63,580 nt of DNA, filler included, from Trichomonas gallinae (GCA_008369845.1; 6 parts of 6 records of this genome joined end to end with filler, not necessarily neighbours in it), one strand, 5' to 3'. Numbered from the whole stretch's first letter, positions 22,202 to 34,024 are shown. Program-made: numbers and translations. Notes: generated by a model not told the origin, from the sequence alone.

Positions 22202-23110
22202 CCAAACGAAAACTCTATTTTCTTTTTCGATTGTTCCTTCTTTGATTTTAGGGATGGATGCATTGTTATAAAAAATAAAAGTGGACTTAAATTTCTTCAC
22301 AGTTTCTGCCGATTTTCGAATAACACGCGAAATGGTTATGGTGGCTGCATATATTTTGGTGGAAATAGTCAAATTGTTCAGCATCGACTATGTGCATATG
22401 ACATAGTGCTAAAATATAATTGTGGCTTTTGTTATACAGAACTTTCTTATAATACAAATAATTATAACTATTTTTTAGAAAATTCTTTGACAAAATGCAA
22501 AAATTCAGAATATAGTAATCCGATTTGGTTAGGATATGGTTTGATTCAATTTTCTTCAACGAATTCCAGTGGAAATGATGCATATTATAATGTTGGATAT
22601 GTTTTAGTTAGTCCTTCATCAAATTCGTCATTTCGTTCTATTGTAAACTATTCAACATTCGAAGGAAACATAGCAAATTATCACATTTTAAGTCATTACA
22701 ATAATGGATTTTTCATTGTCACAAAGTCAAACATATTAAACAACACAAATCAAATTCAAGGTCATTTATATTCAAGTGCACATTCAGTAGAAGTCAATGA
22801 TTGCAGCTTCTTTGGAAACAAAGGCAGTGTATTGTTCTATATATATAATGGTGAATTCATTGTCAGGAACTGTTTTATTGACAATTTCACACAAGATGGT
22901 TCATATAGTAAAACTGTTTCAAAAGAATCAATTGACGAAAATCAGAAGACGTTCATTCTTTCTCATTACGCAACTCACGGATGCCTCGCAGCTTTCCCAT
23001 TCTTTATCAACTATGACGCAGATTATGACAAAAGGAATCAAATATATTGCAAAACCCCTATATGCAAATACAAGAAATTTTTTCGTGGTTCAGTCAAAAG
23101 CAAATTCTGA
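22202..23110 (+). CDS. 5'-truncated Asn/Cys-rich beta-helix-like (FxxN) hypothetical protein
   Basis: The frame is open from the contig start (PNENSIFFFDCSF...FSNNTRNGYGGCIYF) and continues in frame into the 22406 ORF. FxxN and GGCI motifs are present. Confidence 0.6.
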   Translation, partial: PNENSIFFFDCSFFDFRDGCIVIKNKSGLKFLHSFCRFSNNTRNGYGGCIYFGGNSQIVQHRLCAYDIVLKYNCGFCYTELSYNTNNYNYFLENSLTKCKNSEYSNPIWLGYGLIQFSSTNSSGNDAYYNVGYVLVSPSSNSSFRSIVNYSTFEGNIANYHILSHYNNGFFIVTKSNILNNTNQIQGHLYSSAHSVEVNDCSFFGNKGSVLFYIYNGEFIVRNCFIDNFTQDGSYSKTVSKESIDENQKTFILSHYATHGCLAAFPFFINYDADYDKRNQIYCKTPICKYKKFFRGSVKSKF

Positions 23111-23799
23111 GACTCCTTCATCATCGCACAACTCAATCATCCACTATTATCTTCTTAGCCTCATTTTCACACATTTATGCTAAAACTTTTTTTTTTCCTT
23201 TTTTTATTTATTGCTTTGTTTTTCACAACTATCTTAATGTGCTTCACAGCAGGAAAAATTAGAAAATACAAATAAAAGTTCCTCAATATTCGATTGAAGT
23301 TTTTTTTTGAAAACTCTTCATATCAATTATACAACTACTTCATACGTCTTTAATTGCGTAGTAATCAATGACAATTAAATTTATACTATAACAATATTCA
23401 TTTGATTGGAGTGGGAGTTAAATTACACTATTACTTTTTCACCCAAAACATTTTTCTGCAGCATGATATACCTAAGAATGTGTAAATTATCTAGACTCAT
23501 TGTGAGGATGATAATACTCGATTCAATGTTTATTGCTATATAATAGAAGCTAATGAATAATAATTCAATATTGTAATTCCTAATTTTTATAGGGATAAGA
23601 TGTGTTAACATAATATTTCTAACTTAAATAATGATGCATAAACGGGACTAGGTGTGAAAATAAGGTATAATTGATAGTTTTGTGAGATGTATATTAAAGT
23701 GATTATGAAGTCATTATTATGCAATGTATTGCTATGAATATATATATATGTTTTATACTTGAAATCATTTAGAACTCGAGCTAATCGCGCTTCATGTTT

Positions 23800-23905
23800 T
23801 GAAAAGTGACAAATCGTGTGTGCATTAAATCGAGTCTATAGGGCAATGTACTAGTATCTGTGCAATCTATATAGGGTATCATTTGTTTATATGTATGTGC
23901 TCAAT
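23800..23905 (+). repeat. Dispersed non-coding repeat, copy 1 (copy 2 at ~26730-26835)
   Basis: gcaatgtactagtatctgtgcaatctatatagggtatcatttgtttatatg aligns with gcgatgtattagtatctatgcaatctatattggatatcatatgtttatatg. Both are preceded by aaa(a/g)tgacaaatc. Confidence 0.7.
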
Positions 23906-25576
23906 CATTTTATCAGTAATCTAAGTGTGCTGGGCCTTTTGATTAAGTATCTAGTCATAGAAAACATGTCCGAGCAAATGGAAGAAGACTCTTCAAAATG
24001 GCCCTAAAACATGTCTAATAGCGTTTTTATATACACAGTACCACTACTATGCTTATATAAGACCATATTATGTGTGTATTTACTGTTTTAAACATAACAA
24101 TTCAAATCAATAACGAATTATATCTCAAAATTCCATCATATTTATAAATTATTACATATATATAGTAATAATATACTGGTATTTTTGTTTGAAAGAAAGA
24201 TAATAGCTGTGAAAATATCAAAAACATATATTTGACATTGTAAAGTATTTATTTGGCAAAATGACAAAATATTATCTTCGTTTTTTGTCAACAACTGTCA
24301 GCTGAGCAGTCTAGAAAAACAAATAACAATTTCGAAATTCATACAATCAAATTAGTCGAGAATCGTTACATTTTTCTTCATATTCTTCAATAAATAAGTT
24401 AGTTGAAGAGTTTTGCTTAAGAAATAGGAGTATTTGATGCGATTTTAATCCATTTCTACAGACAATGACATTTAATCACCCTGATTATTAATGCACATGC
24501 GTAATCATAGTAATTACTGTAACTGGAGATACTCTTAGGCTCATAATTACAACTTTTGCATAATAAGTGCGTAAATACATGCTTTCTACCATGCGATTCC
24601 ATATAGTATGCATAGTATGGCAATGTATAGCAGAAAATATGCATTGTTTATCCTAGATAATTTTATCAAGATTAAAAACCTGCAATAAAATTCACATGCG
24701 AGCACAGATTCATCGATAAATAGCTTTATTTATAAATAAAAACTCGAATATAACTTATATTACCAATCAAATCCGATTTCTTCAATTACAAGTTATCGAC
24801 AAGAGCATTCAAAAACCTTACTAACTTATGCATCTTCGGATTTCATCAGTCATTCAGCGTTAATGAAGGCTTTCAATCTCAGTTCAATACGTGATTTTTT
24901 TCATTTACGTCAAATAATGGCACAAATGATTATTTACTGATATGCGCTATCTTACTAATGTGCAATATGATAGTGTATATAAAACAATTTATACCCCATT
25001 AGCACACCAATATATATCATTAACAATTAAAATCTTTAATTTATACATCTTTTCGATATTTCACCTTAATATTATGGATATCTGATTGCAATCACATTAA
25101 TATTTAATATAAATATGTGTGATAATACATGATGTCAATATATAGTTAATAATTCTCATATCTTCAATTCATCGATATATTTATCTTTTCCTAATGTGCT
25201 CTTATTCGCTTTAAATACTCATAAAAACATTATAATGTACATATAAACATCCTTTTTTCTTCCGGATATGATTTAAAATAATTTTTTATAATTAATTTGA
25301 ATATCCTAAAATGCACATTACCGTAGAGATTGATTTAATAACTATATTATATACATATTGATTTTAATGTTTTATTCTCTTTAATGATAAGCTATATTTC
25401 TTAATATTGAATGAAATTTTAATTTTTTCAATATGATAAATAAATCACTAAATTTGGAATACAATTCATTTAATACCTAAAACAGTATGTCGTAATGGTC
25501 ATAGTCAATTATATTCTATATTTCCTATTTTATTGACTGATATAGTTGGCGAATGATATTTAAATGAAAATGAGAA

Positions 25577-26390
25577 TATATATTTCCACCTATTAATATC
25601 GTGTTATCAATAGCTCTCTTGTATTCTTTCTTGGATATAGCGTCTAATGTTAGCGTTATGGAGATTTTGATGTTTTTGAATCACTGTCAACGGCCCAAAT
25701 GTAAATAGTATGAGATCCTTCAGAGAATGTGTTCGGTATTTTTATATTATAAGAGAATGCCTTTGCTTTACCATCAGTTATTGAAATTGGGTCAAAATTT
25801 GTTTCTGCTAATTTATAATCATTTTGATCAAAATTATATTTAATTGTAGCTGTTCCTAAAGCATCATCATCTTTGACATATCCGCTGATAGGTAATGAAT
25901 TATCTGTTGTTCTCATATATTGTCTGTTTTTGATTATTTCTAGTGATACAATTGGTGTATTATATTGAAAAGAAAATTGAAATGTAAATTCATTTGATTG
26001 CTTTTTGTTGCTATCGATACATATTAAATATAATGTATGTGTAGATTCTGTGAAGGATGATTGGTCATATATCAAAGTCTGAAGTTTCTAGTCTGAATTG
26101 CTATCAAATCTATAGAAGAGGTCAAATGTTCCTAGTTAATCATCATCTCTGACATTTCCTGCGAAAGAAATTACATTATCAATAGTTCTTTTATATGTTG
26201 TCTTTGTTACTCTATTCACAGTGAGTACTGGATTATTGTATCTGAATGTGAAAGGAAAAGTTTTAATCTGAGATGCTTTGTTGTTATTGTCAACAGCTCA
26301 TTTGATATGGAATGCGATCCTTCTGATAGAGAACTAGGATTAATAACAACTTTGGTAAATGACTTTGGATTTCCATCATTTATTGGTATA
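25577..26390 (-). pseudogene. Bap-like Ig-repeat surface protein pseudogene fragment
   Basis: Repeat units (SEGSH...AVDNNNKAS, GNVRDDD*LG, GYVKDDDALG, EGSHTIYIWAVD) span 25577-26390, with in-frame stops and frameshifts flanking the 25656-26075 ORF. Confidence 0.7.
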
Positions 26391-26881
26391 TATTTATAAC
26401 ATCATTTTCTTTTTCGATTTCGAATTAATTTTTTGAGTTTCCGTAAATGAATGCATATATTAATGTTTGCACAAATAAATCAATTTGAGTGATCTTTAAT
26501 GCATAAATATTAATCAAAAAAGATATGCTTTTTAATTATATAAATATAGCTGTATATAATAATTGCCCTATTTTATTAAAACTTTAAAATGCTTGACATA
26601 ATTGAATCTTTAGAATTTTTGGAAATCCATATTAAGCAGTAAGCTCTGGCATGATTATATAACTAGTAATTAATACATGTGCTATGAATTTATAATCACT
26701 TGGAAATTGATAAAACACACTTCATTTTTCAGAAAAATGACAAATCATGGGATATATTTAAGTATAGAGAGCGATGTATTAGTATCTATGCAATCTATAT
26801 TGGATATCATATGTTTATATGCTTATGCTCATTATATCTCTAAGTCTAAATCATGCCTGATAGCCTTATATTTCAAGAAAA

Positions 26882-26957
26882 TTTTGACATTTGTTATTTA
26901 CAAAATTATTTTTGACATTTGCCATTTACAAAACGATAACGATTATTCTGTCACTTT
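26882..26957 (+). promoter_or_regulatory. Duplicated 24-bp upstream element plus Inr-containing GTCACTTT
   Basis: ttttgacatttg(tt/cc)atttacaaaa at 26882-26905 and 26910-26933. GTCACTTT at 26950-26957 contains the TCAYT initiator, with ATG at 26967. Confidence 0.5.
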
Positions 26958-26966
26958 TATAAATTA

Positions 26967-28418
26967 ATGCATCACATATCCGTTCAAATTATTAATGATA
27001 CAGATTCTTCGGATTCTGTTGACGATTTCGGCGTCTTTTTAGACGAAGACGTCGGTGATAAAGATGTTTTTATGTCCATGTGGAATTATAACAATAATTT
27101 CCCGAATAATGTTACAGAAGACATTCCACAGGACCAAGGTGCCCTCCAAAGCATAGAGGATGCATTCAAAAACCTTAAGAGCGCATTAAACGACATGACA
27201 ATCCTTAAAAACGTCATTCAATCAAATATAACGAAGAAAAATTTCGCTTCTGGAAAGATTCCAGCAGATTTAAATGAAACAGATTCGGATTTTACAGCAT
27301 TTGAAGCACTCAGACAGAGAAAAACTCAATTGGAAGAAAGCAGCCAATTTTTATTGAACTCAGCCGAGTCTTTAAAGAAAGAAATAGAGAGTACTCGTCA
27401 ATACTTCCGCGAAATAGACCAAATTTCACAGCATTTTCCACTCAAACTCGTACAAACACCAGAAAAAGTTACAAAAATTGCAATTGATACAGCAATTTCA
27501 TCGAATAACTACATATACCTAAACGAAAAGGAAAATAGTGATAATTCTGGAAGCGATGACAACTCCTCCTGTATCGAATGGACACTTTCTACAAAAACTC
27601 ATTTTTCATATAATGGAAAATCGTTCATGCTGGAGTCGAATTCGTCCTTTATCAAGTGTTTGTTTGATTTAATGTGTCACCAATTATTTGAACGCATCAA
27701 AGATGATCAAATCAAGTCTGCAATTCATTATTCTGCTGATAAAGACTCTAGATCTGTATACTTCGACATAGGCACAAAGGAGACATGGGTTTTCGAATTG
27801 GGCGCACAGAAAACAATCGGAGACATTCCTGTATGGATTCCGAAATTAATTCACTACATTTTGAATCCAAAAGCACAACCAGCATCATACATGCGTCAAT
27901 TACTTTACTATTTAACAACACTTTCCTCTCTTTACCAGAATTTCATGGATAGATTTATTTATTCCGACTTTTGCCAGCTTAAAATCATGTCGCAGCCGTG
28001 TTCCACTGCTTTCCAGGTCTCCTCACCACATCTCATCATCCCTTACATCGCATTCATTGATAAGTGGAGAGTTTCGATGACAGAGACGCCAAACGAGATG
28101 AGGTGCATCCCTTATTCAACAGACGGCCGCGGACTGACGCCATCACTAGAGAAATGGTCAGACAGCACTTTCGCGACATTGTTTTTGTCGATGGCTGAAA
28201 GAATCACGAGAAGCTTTGGATACGTTTTCAAGAACAAGAACCAGTACGGCACTGCTGCATTCGGCGGCAGGAAGATCAAGTTCAAACCAATCCCAAAGTC
28301 GCATGATGTGGAAATCTCAATCACATCTCATTCAACTAAAAAGAAGAATTGGAACCAGATCCCTGGATCTGACTACTACGAGCGAATGTGGGTGATCTTG
28401 TTCACAGATCTTAACTGA
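26967..28418 (+). CDS. Probable Mediator subunit Med17 (Srb4)-like
   Basis: NLKSALNDMTILKNVI and RKTQLEESSQFLLNSAESLKKEIESTRQYFREI resemble the conserved Med17 N-terminal helices. Recognised by eye only. Confidence 0.5.
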   Translation: MHHISVQIINDTDSSDSVDDFGVFLDEDVGDKDVFMSMWNYNNNFPNNVTEDIPQDQGALQSIEDAFKNLKSALNDMTILKNVIQSNITKKNFASGKIPADLNETDSDFTAFEALRQRKTQLEESSQFLLNSAESLKKEIESTRQYFREIDQISQHFPLKLVQTPEKVTKIAIDTAISSNNYIYLNEKENSDNSGSDDNSSCIEWTLSTKTHFSYNGKSFMLESNSSFIKCLFDLMCHQLFERIKDDQIKSAIHYSADKDSRSVYFDIGTKETWVFELGAQKTIGDIPVWIPKLIHYILNPKAQPASYMRQLLYYLTTLSSLYQNFMDRFIYSDFCQLKIMSQPCSTAFQVSSPHLIIPYIAFIDKWRVSMTETPNEMRCIPYSTDGRGLTPSLEKWSDSTFATLFLSMAERITRSFGYVFKNKNQYGTAAFGGRKIKFKPIPKSHDVEISITSHSTKKKNWNQIPGSDYYERMWVILFTDLN

Positions 28419-28710
28419 AAACTCCTTCATTTTGTCTTTTTATTTTTATAAATTCTTAATATTGATAATCAATGATAGATAATTTACCAATATTTTTGAT
28501 GATTTTCAAATGCATTTTTACTGAAGCAATGATTATATTATTGTGGGTTGAAATCTTTATTTTGGCATATATCTATATCAGAGACCACTCTAATGATTTA
28601 GTTCATGATTATATAATGAATAGTTTTAAAAAAATCTACAATGATTCTTTTTTTTTAAATAATTGGTGCAAAAGCATTAATATGTGCATCAGATTTGAGC
28701 ATTTATTCAT

Positions 28711-29691
28711 TTATTCATTTATTAAAATGAAGACTTGAATTGGGAAACTGAATGTATTAAAATGTTGAAGCTTCATTAAACAAGTCGGATATGCGAAATG
28801 CTCAAAATCAACATTAAATTCAGGTAGATTTAATATTAAAATTTGCGAAATATTCCCAATATTATCTGTATTAATTGTTGAATCAGTATGTCTATCTGAA
28901 AACATATTGCATGTGTTATTATCAAGCGTAATATTAATCAAAGTAAGCGAAGAATTATAGTATGTTCCAATGAGTGCATATGGTGAAATATTTCGGCTAA
29001 AAATCGTGTTTTGTAAAGTCATTGTGCAGTTGTATTCAACATGGAAAATTCCATTTGTACGTGTAATGAAAGTGTTATTTATAATGTTCGCATATTGAAG
29101 GAAGTGCTCACCATATGAGTGAAACGTAATCCTTCTAAATGTAGCGTTATTTTCTTCTATTTGGAAATATTGACATTTGACGACTTTTAAAGTACTTATC
29201 ATATATGATGGATAATTCAAAGCTGTATTTTTTGAAAAATTGAGACTATCGAAAATCATATATGCATCAGAAAAGCGAGAATTAGATCCATTACCATAGT
29301 TCTTCGCAAATGATGAGAAATTTACGGAAATATTGTTTGTTGTTATGATATTAAGTGTTGTTATCAATTTTGGGTTTGAATTTATGCAATTAAGACAATA
29401 TACATATTTGCATTTAAACATTCCTTTTTCTCTGAAGGTTATAGCCGTTGAATCTTTAATAGTTGATTGAAGATCAATAAAATTACAAGTGTGAACGAGT
29501 AATTTGGAGGACTCTGTTGATGTATCAATATCAATACATGTGGATTCTTTGTTTCCTTTGAAAACAACAAATAAAACGAAATAATTTGTTTGTGGATTGA
29601 AAGTAAACCTTGGAGATAAGATAGTAACATGATTATTATTATCTGGATAGAATTCCTTCCAAAATCCTATGTCCCATGTTAAGTGGAACAA
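28711..29691 (-). CDS. Asn-rich beta-helix-like (FxxN) hypothetical protein; no in-frame ATG at the 5' end, possible pseudogene
   Basis: 326-codon open frame with FAKN, FSKN and FSRN repeats. It starts at TTG with an in-frame TAA two codons upstream. Confidence 0.5.
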   Translation of the reverse strand: MFHLTWDIGFWKEFYPDNNNHVTILSPRFTFNPQTNYFVLFVVFKGNKESTCIDIDTSTESSKLLVHTCNFIDLQSTIKDSTAITFREKGMFKCKYVYCLNCINSNPKLITTLNIITTNNISVNFSSFAKNYGNGSNSRFSDAYMIFDSLNFSKNTALNYPSYMISTLKVVKCQYFQIEENNATFRRITFHSYGEHFLQYANIINNTFITRTNGIFHVEYNCTMTLQNTIFSRNISPYALIGTYYNSSLTLINITLDNNTCNMFSDRHTDSTINTDNIGNISQILILNLPEFNVDFEHFAYPTCLMKLQHFNTFSFPIQVFILINE

Positions 29692-29935
29692 AAATTAATA
29701 TTAAATATGTCGCGTTTCTAAATAATATTGCTTTTTGACATTATGATATCAAACACAATCAATAAAACATTCAAATACTAAGTTATTATCAATTATTATA
29801 ATGATTTATATTGATTGAAATTAATTTTCGTATGTTGTATAGATCCGTATTGCAAAATTCTCTTAGTTTTATCTAGAAACATTGATATTTATATAAGAAA
29901 TTTCTTATTTTTAATAATATTTTATCAAATTAATT

Positions 29936-30880
29936 CTAAAACACTTTCTGCGTTGCTTTGATATCGTAATAATACCATAATAGGTATGCAAGTGTTGGTA
30001 CTAATAGTAACAACGTTCCCCATGCAAGAGCTTCAGATGATGAAATTGGTTTTGCAGGAACATCAGGGACAGCAGCAGGGAGAATAAACTTCTTTAAGAG
30101 AGTTCCCCAGTTGTAGGCTGCACAGATAAGGTTTTTATCAGTAATTTCCAAACATTGATCAATATAATCTTGTTTTAATTCTTTTCCATATTCTACTTTA
30201 TAAACGATATCTTTTGCTAGGTTAAATGTTGCATTAACAGCTTGATTCCATGTAATATTTGTTTCGCAAGGCGGATTTGGATATTTTAAGATTAATCTGT
30301 CAACGTGATTGTGAAATTCTTTCCATTCTGATTCTGTATATGGAGTGCGAAGTGTGTAACGGCCACATCCTGTGTCCCAAAATTCAAGCAATGACATTTC
30401 TCTTCCTTTGTATTTAATCATGAATTTCTTGCCGCTGTCGTCACCATCTTTGAATCTGTTGTCGTCGAAATGTTCAGAAGTGTGTAACGGAGAAAATGCT
30501 TCTAAAAATAAGCCTGCGACGACTTTAAAGGCAAAATTGTATGACCATCTATCGCTAATGGTATAGTTAGCAACTCCAGGAAGAAGATTTGTAAGTTGTA
30601 TCGTTAAATCATCTTTGTTTCGATGATAATTTTCTGTTTGTATTGTTGGATTCTGCACGAAACGCCAATGGTTGAAGCACTTGGTGTTTGTTGGTGGATA
30701 TTCGACCCTTTCTATCCATCCACCGACAGTGCATAAAGGATCGAATTTTTCATTCATTTGGTTTAAAGCTCTTTTATAGACAAGATCGACATTGTCAATC
30801 TGTCTTAACGTGAATTCTGTTGCAAGCATCAGAGCCTCTTCAGACCATGAATTTATCGAAGAAATGAAAACAAAAAACAT
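29936..30880 (-). CDS. S1/P1 (class I) nuclease-like membrane protein with degenerate Zn ligands
   Basis: Signal peptide then W, plus NHWRFVQNP, FSPLH, DGDDSG and EFWD motifs. C-terminal TM (ALAWGTLLLLVPTLAYLLWY). Confidence 0.75.
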   Translation of the reverse strand: MFFVFISSINSWSEEALMLATEFTLRQIDNVDLVYKRALNQMNEKFDPLCTVGGWIERVEYPPTNTKCFNHWRFVQNPTIQTENYHRNKDDLTIQLTNLLPGVANYTISDRWSYNFAFKVVAGLFLEAFSPLHTSEHFDDNRFKDGDDSGKKFMIKYKGREMSLLEFWDTGCGRYTLRTPYTESEWKEFHNHVDRLILKYPNPPCETNITWNQAVNATFNLAKDIVYKVEYGKELKQDYIDQCLEITDKNLICAAYNWGTLLKKFILPAAVPDVPAKPISSSEALAWGTLLLLVPTLAYLLWYYYDIKATQKVF

Positions 30881-31133
30881 TTATAAATAATGATTAATTT
30901 CCTTTTGCATATATAATAAACTCCCTCAAATTTTTAAATTTCACAATGGAATGAACCGATTTATTTGCAAATTTTTATATTGAAATTTTAAATAAACATT
31001 TTTAACTGATTTCATTGATACAAATCAAATATCCTCGTTGAAAATCTGCTATTTTTCATATTAACGCACGAATATTTTAAATATTTTTTTGATGAAAAAT
31101 ATAACAAACAATTTATAGAAAAACAAACAACAT

Positions 31134-33122
31134 TTATAAAGTTTCCTCGTCGAATTGGATATTGTCGAGGAATGAATAAGAAAGTTCATCAGATTTTCCA
31201 TTGCATATTTTAGAAACTGTAGTAGATGAGAAACGAGGCATGTCTTGGATTATCTTTGGCTCATTGATGTTTAATTCCAGTACTGGATCAGGTAAATACT
31301 TCATTGTCACTCCATTTATAATTTTCATGAAATTAGCAAGAATTTGAGCATCTTTGTCATCATCTTGAGAAGCACCCAAGTATCCAATAGCTCTCCACAT
31401 GTTTTTGCTGGCTAAAATGAAATCTTGTGTTGAACAAATCATATTTTGCTTAAAATCAGCGAATTCTTTAAGGACAAACGTTCCATGGTACTCATTGATG
31501 CAAAATGGAGCTGCATCATTGTTGTCGTTTAACTCCCAAGGAGAATTAACTAAATCAAAAACTTGATTCAAATTTAATTTTTCGGCATAAGTGTTTTTAA
31601 TGTCAATTCTATTGGATCTATAAACAACTCCATCCATAAAACTGTCTGACGCTGTGTAATCTAACAATTTCGCTGATAAAATTATATCTGGATTTGTTAA
31701 TAATATGAATTGACCTTTTGAGTGGCTTAAACCAATATATTTAGCAGCAGTTAGTATAAATTCATGCTCATTTTTGGTTTTTTGTTGTATTTCTTGATGA
31801 ATTTGTTCTGAAACTTTAATAAATCTTATTTTACTAGTTAAATGTTTGCCAACATTGACATATTTTGTAGTATTTTTGCTGTTATAGTCAACAATCACGA
31901 TTTCAATCCTTGCAAGCGGAATTTTTTGAATTGATAAATCTAAAATATCAAGAAATGTTTGTAGCTTTGATCTATGATAAGGATCATTTCTACTAGCAAC
32001 AACTATTGATAGATATGGGCTGCTTTGATTAATTATTGTTGGTGGAATTGAAGATTTTAATAATTTTGTTGGATTTCCAGAATCAGTCAATTCCACAGTT
32101 TTATATTTGCTCATAAGGTTGTTATCGAGCTTATACTCGTTTGTAAACTTGATTTCACATGAATTTTCATAATTATTTTGTAATAAATCTATAAATGATT
32201 CTGAGTTGAATGATATTATTCTTTCTGTGGATTTTCTATGTAAATCATTGTGATTGATTAAAAAATTCGCAATGTATGAAAATTTGATTGATGTAAATGG
32301 ATAATTTTCATATGAATCAACTGTTGACTTGTTAAATTTGATACACTCAGCTACAACTCTGTTTATAGGGTTTTCTAAGTCTTTTGTACCTGAAAATTTA
32401 GAAATAAATGGAATTAAAACAATTGGAACTTCAAACCAATTTGCGATCTCAATTAAACTAGATGAATATGGTGGGAAATGCGCAATAATGAATGGGATCT
32501 TGAATTGTATCAATGATTCACAATAAGATTTAATAATATGAACAATTTGACGTTCATTGTATAAATCAAAATTCTTATTATGTATTTTGTGTGAAATTGG
32601 TTGTGCGCAAATGATTGCTTTCTTGATTTTTGGAGAATTATATGACATTGCATTAAAAATCGCTGCAATATCGATATCAATGATGCCTTTGATACCAATG
32701 TATGGAATATTCTGTGATCTTAGCGATTTTACAACTGCTTCACCGATATTTGTATTTGTTCCGATAACTAAAACATATTCAGTATTTGTTTGTAAATAAT
32801 AAGGATTCATATTGAAAATCCTAAGAAATTCGTTTGAATATTTTGTTCTATCTAAACACGATTTATCGGTATGAATTTGAATTTGGTATTTGAAAGATGT
32901 AGTCCGGTTATCTTGATTATTTGCAGGTATGGTAATCTCTTCCCAATTGTTAAATGATTGGATATCCGCATCAAATGATAAATTCGAATTATTCGAGCCA
33001 AATCTCGATAATGTTAATGTTATAAGTGGTAAAAGCACAGTACACAGAAGTGCTACGATAACTAATATGTTTCGTGTCATTTCTTTATTAGTGAATCCTG
33101 TGTTTCTCGCAAATCTTTTCAT
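31134..33122 (-). CDS. Type II membrane protein: degenerate Rossmann/epimerase-like domain fused to a GT2-like (GT-A) domain
   Basis: N-terminal TM. VLVIGTNTNIGEAVV is Rossmann-like. PYLSIVVASRND, EIVIVDYNS and GQFILLTNPDIIL are GT-A-like. Confidence 0.65.
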   Translation of the reverse strand: MKRFARNTGFTNKEMTRNILVIVALLCTVLLPLITLTLSRFGSNNSNLSFDADIQSFNNWEEITIPANNQDNRTTSFKYQIQIHTDKSCLDRTKYSNEFLRIFNMNPYYLQTNTEYVLVIGTNTNIGEAVVKSLRSQNIPYIGIKGIIDIDIAAIFNAMSYNSPKIKKAIICAQPISHKIHNKNFDLYNERQIVHIIKSYCESLIQFKIPFIIAHFPPYSSSLIEIANWFEVPIVLIPFISKFSGTKDLENPINRVVAECIKFNKSTVDSYENYPFTSIKFSYIANFLINHNDLHRKSTERIISFNSESFIDLLQNNYENSCEIKFTNEYKLDNNLMSKYKTVELTDSGNPTKLLKSSIPPTIINQSSPYLSIVVASRNDPYHRSKLQTFLDILDLSIQKIPLARIEIVIVDYNSKNTTKYVNVGKHLTSKIRFIKVSEQIHQEIQQKTKNEHEFILTAAKYIGLSHSKGQFILLTNPDIILSAKLLDYTASDSFMDGVVYRSNRIDIKNTYAEKLNLNQVFDLVNSPWELNDNNDAAPFCINEYHGTFVLKEFADFKQNMICSTQDFILASKNMWRAIGYLGASQDDDKDAQILANFMKIINGVTMKYLPDPVLELNINEPKIIQDMPRFSSTTVSKICNGKSDELSYSFLDNIQFDEETL

Positions 33123-34024
33123 CCAACCCTAAATATTTTGATCAGACCCCAAATACTTAATGAAATTCTCAAAACTAAACATATTCCTTATATAAATATT
33201 AGTATATCATTATCTAATCATCCATAATCATATATTGAACTCACAGCTGATAAACACATTAAAAAAAATTGATTTAGAAATATCACTACTAATCATTCGA
33301 TATTCATTATATTTTAGCGATATTATATATTTATTTATCTGATACTAAGATATATCTTGATTATTTAACTATTATTCCTTTGAAAAATTTGATATGCAAA
33401 TATTTTTTAAATTAAGGTGGTTTTGATATTTGTACAATTTATAAAACAAATGTTTTTGAACTATAGCATGATAATACATGATCTAACTAGCTATAGGCGC
33501 TTAATAATTTTGATATAGAATTATATGTTTTTTTTAAGCCATCTTCTGTATAAAAAATTAAAATTTGTCAAAATATAGACATATTGGCAAGTTGTAAATT
33601 GCTATTTAAAAAATGGTAAAGTTTTCCAAAAATACCAGAATTTTCTATGTGTTAAATGGTAATAAACGACAAACATCAATTACTTACAAGTAAATCACAT
33701 TAAGTATATTGTAAAAACTAGTTGTTATCATATGAATTTTACCAAAAGATATTACAAAGTCCGTTTATTTGTCATCTTAATCAAAATATCCTATATATCC
33801 AAAATCTCATGGATGAAGCCAGTCTATTTCTCTATGATAAAGTCTCAAGTATTGATAATAAAATTTGTCCGAATTTGGCAAAATTTCTTTGATGAAGTTT
33901 TAACGAAAGAAATAGCCTTTTTGGACCACAAAGATTGCGAAAATCAGCTCTTAAAGCTCCAAATCGAAGGATTTTCTAATGAAACAAAAAATCGTGAAGT
34001 TATAAAAAGTGACAATAGATTTAT

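Noticed and set aside
6775..33122. Operon-like secretory/glycan gene cluster
   Set aside because: Mixed strands, unrelated genes interspersed, an assembly gap in between, and these families are highly expanded in trichomonads, so co-location may be chance.
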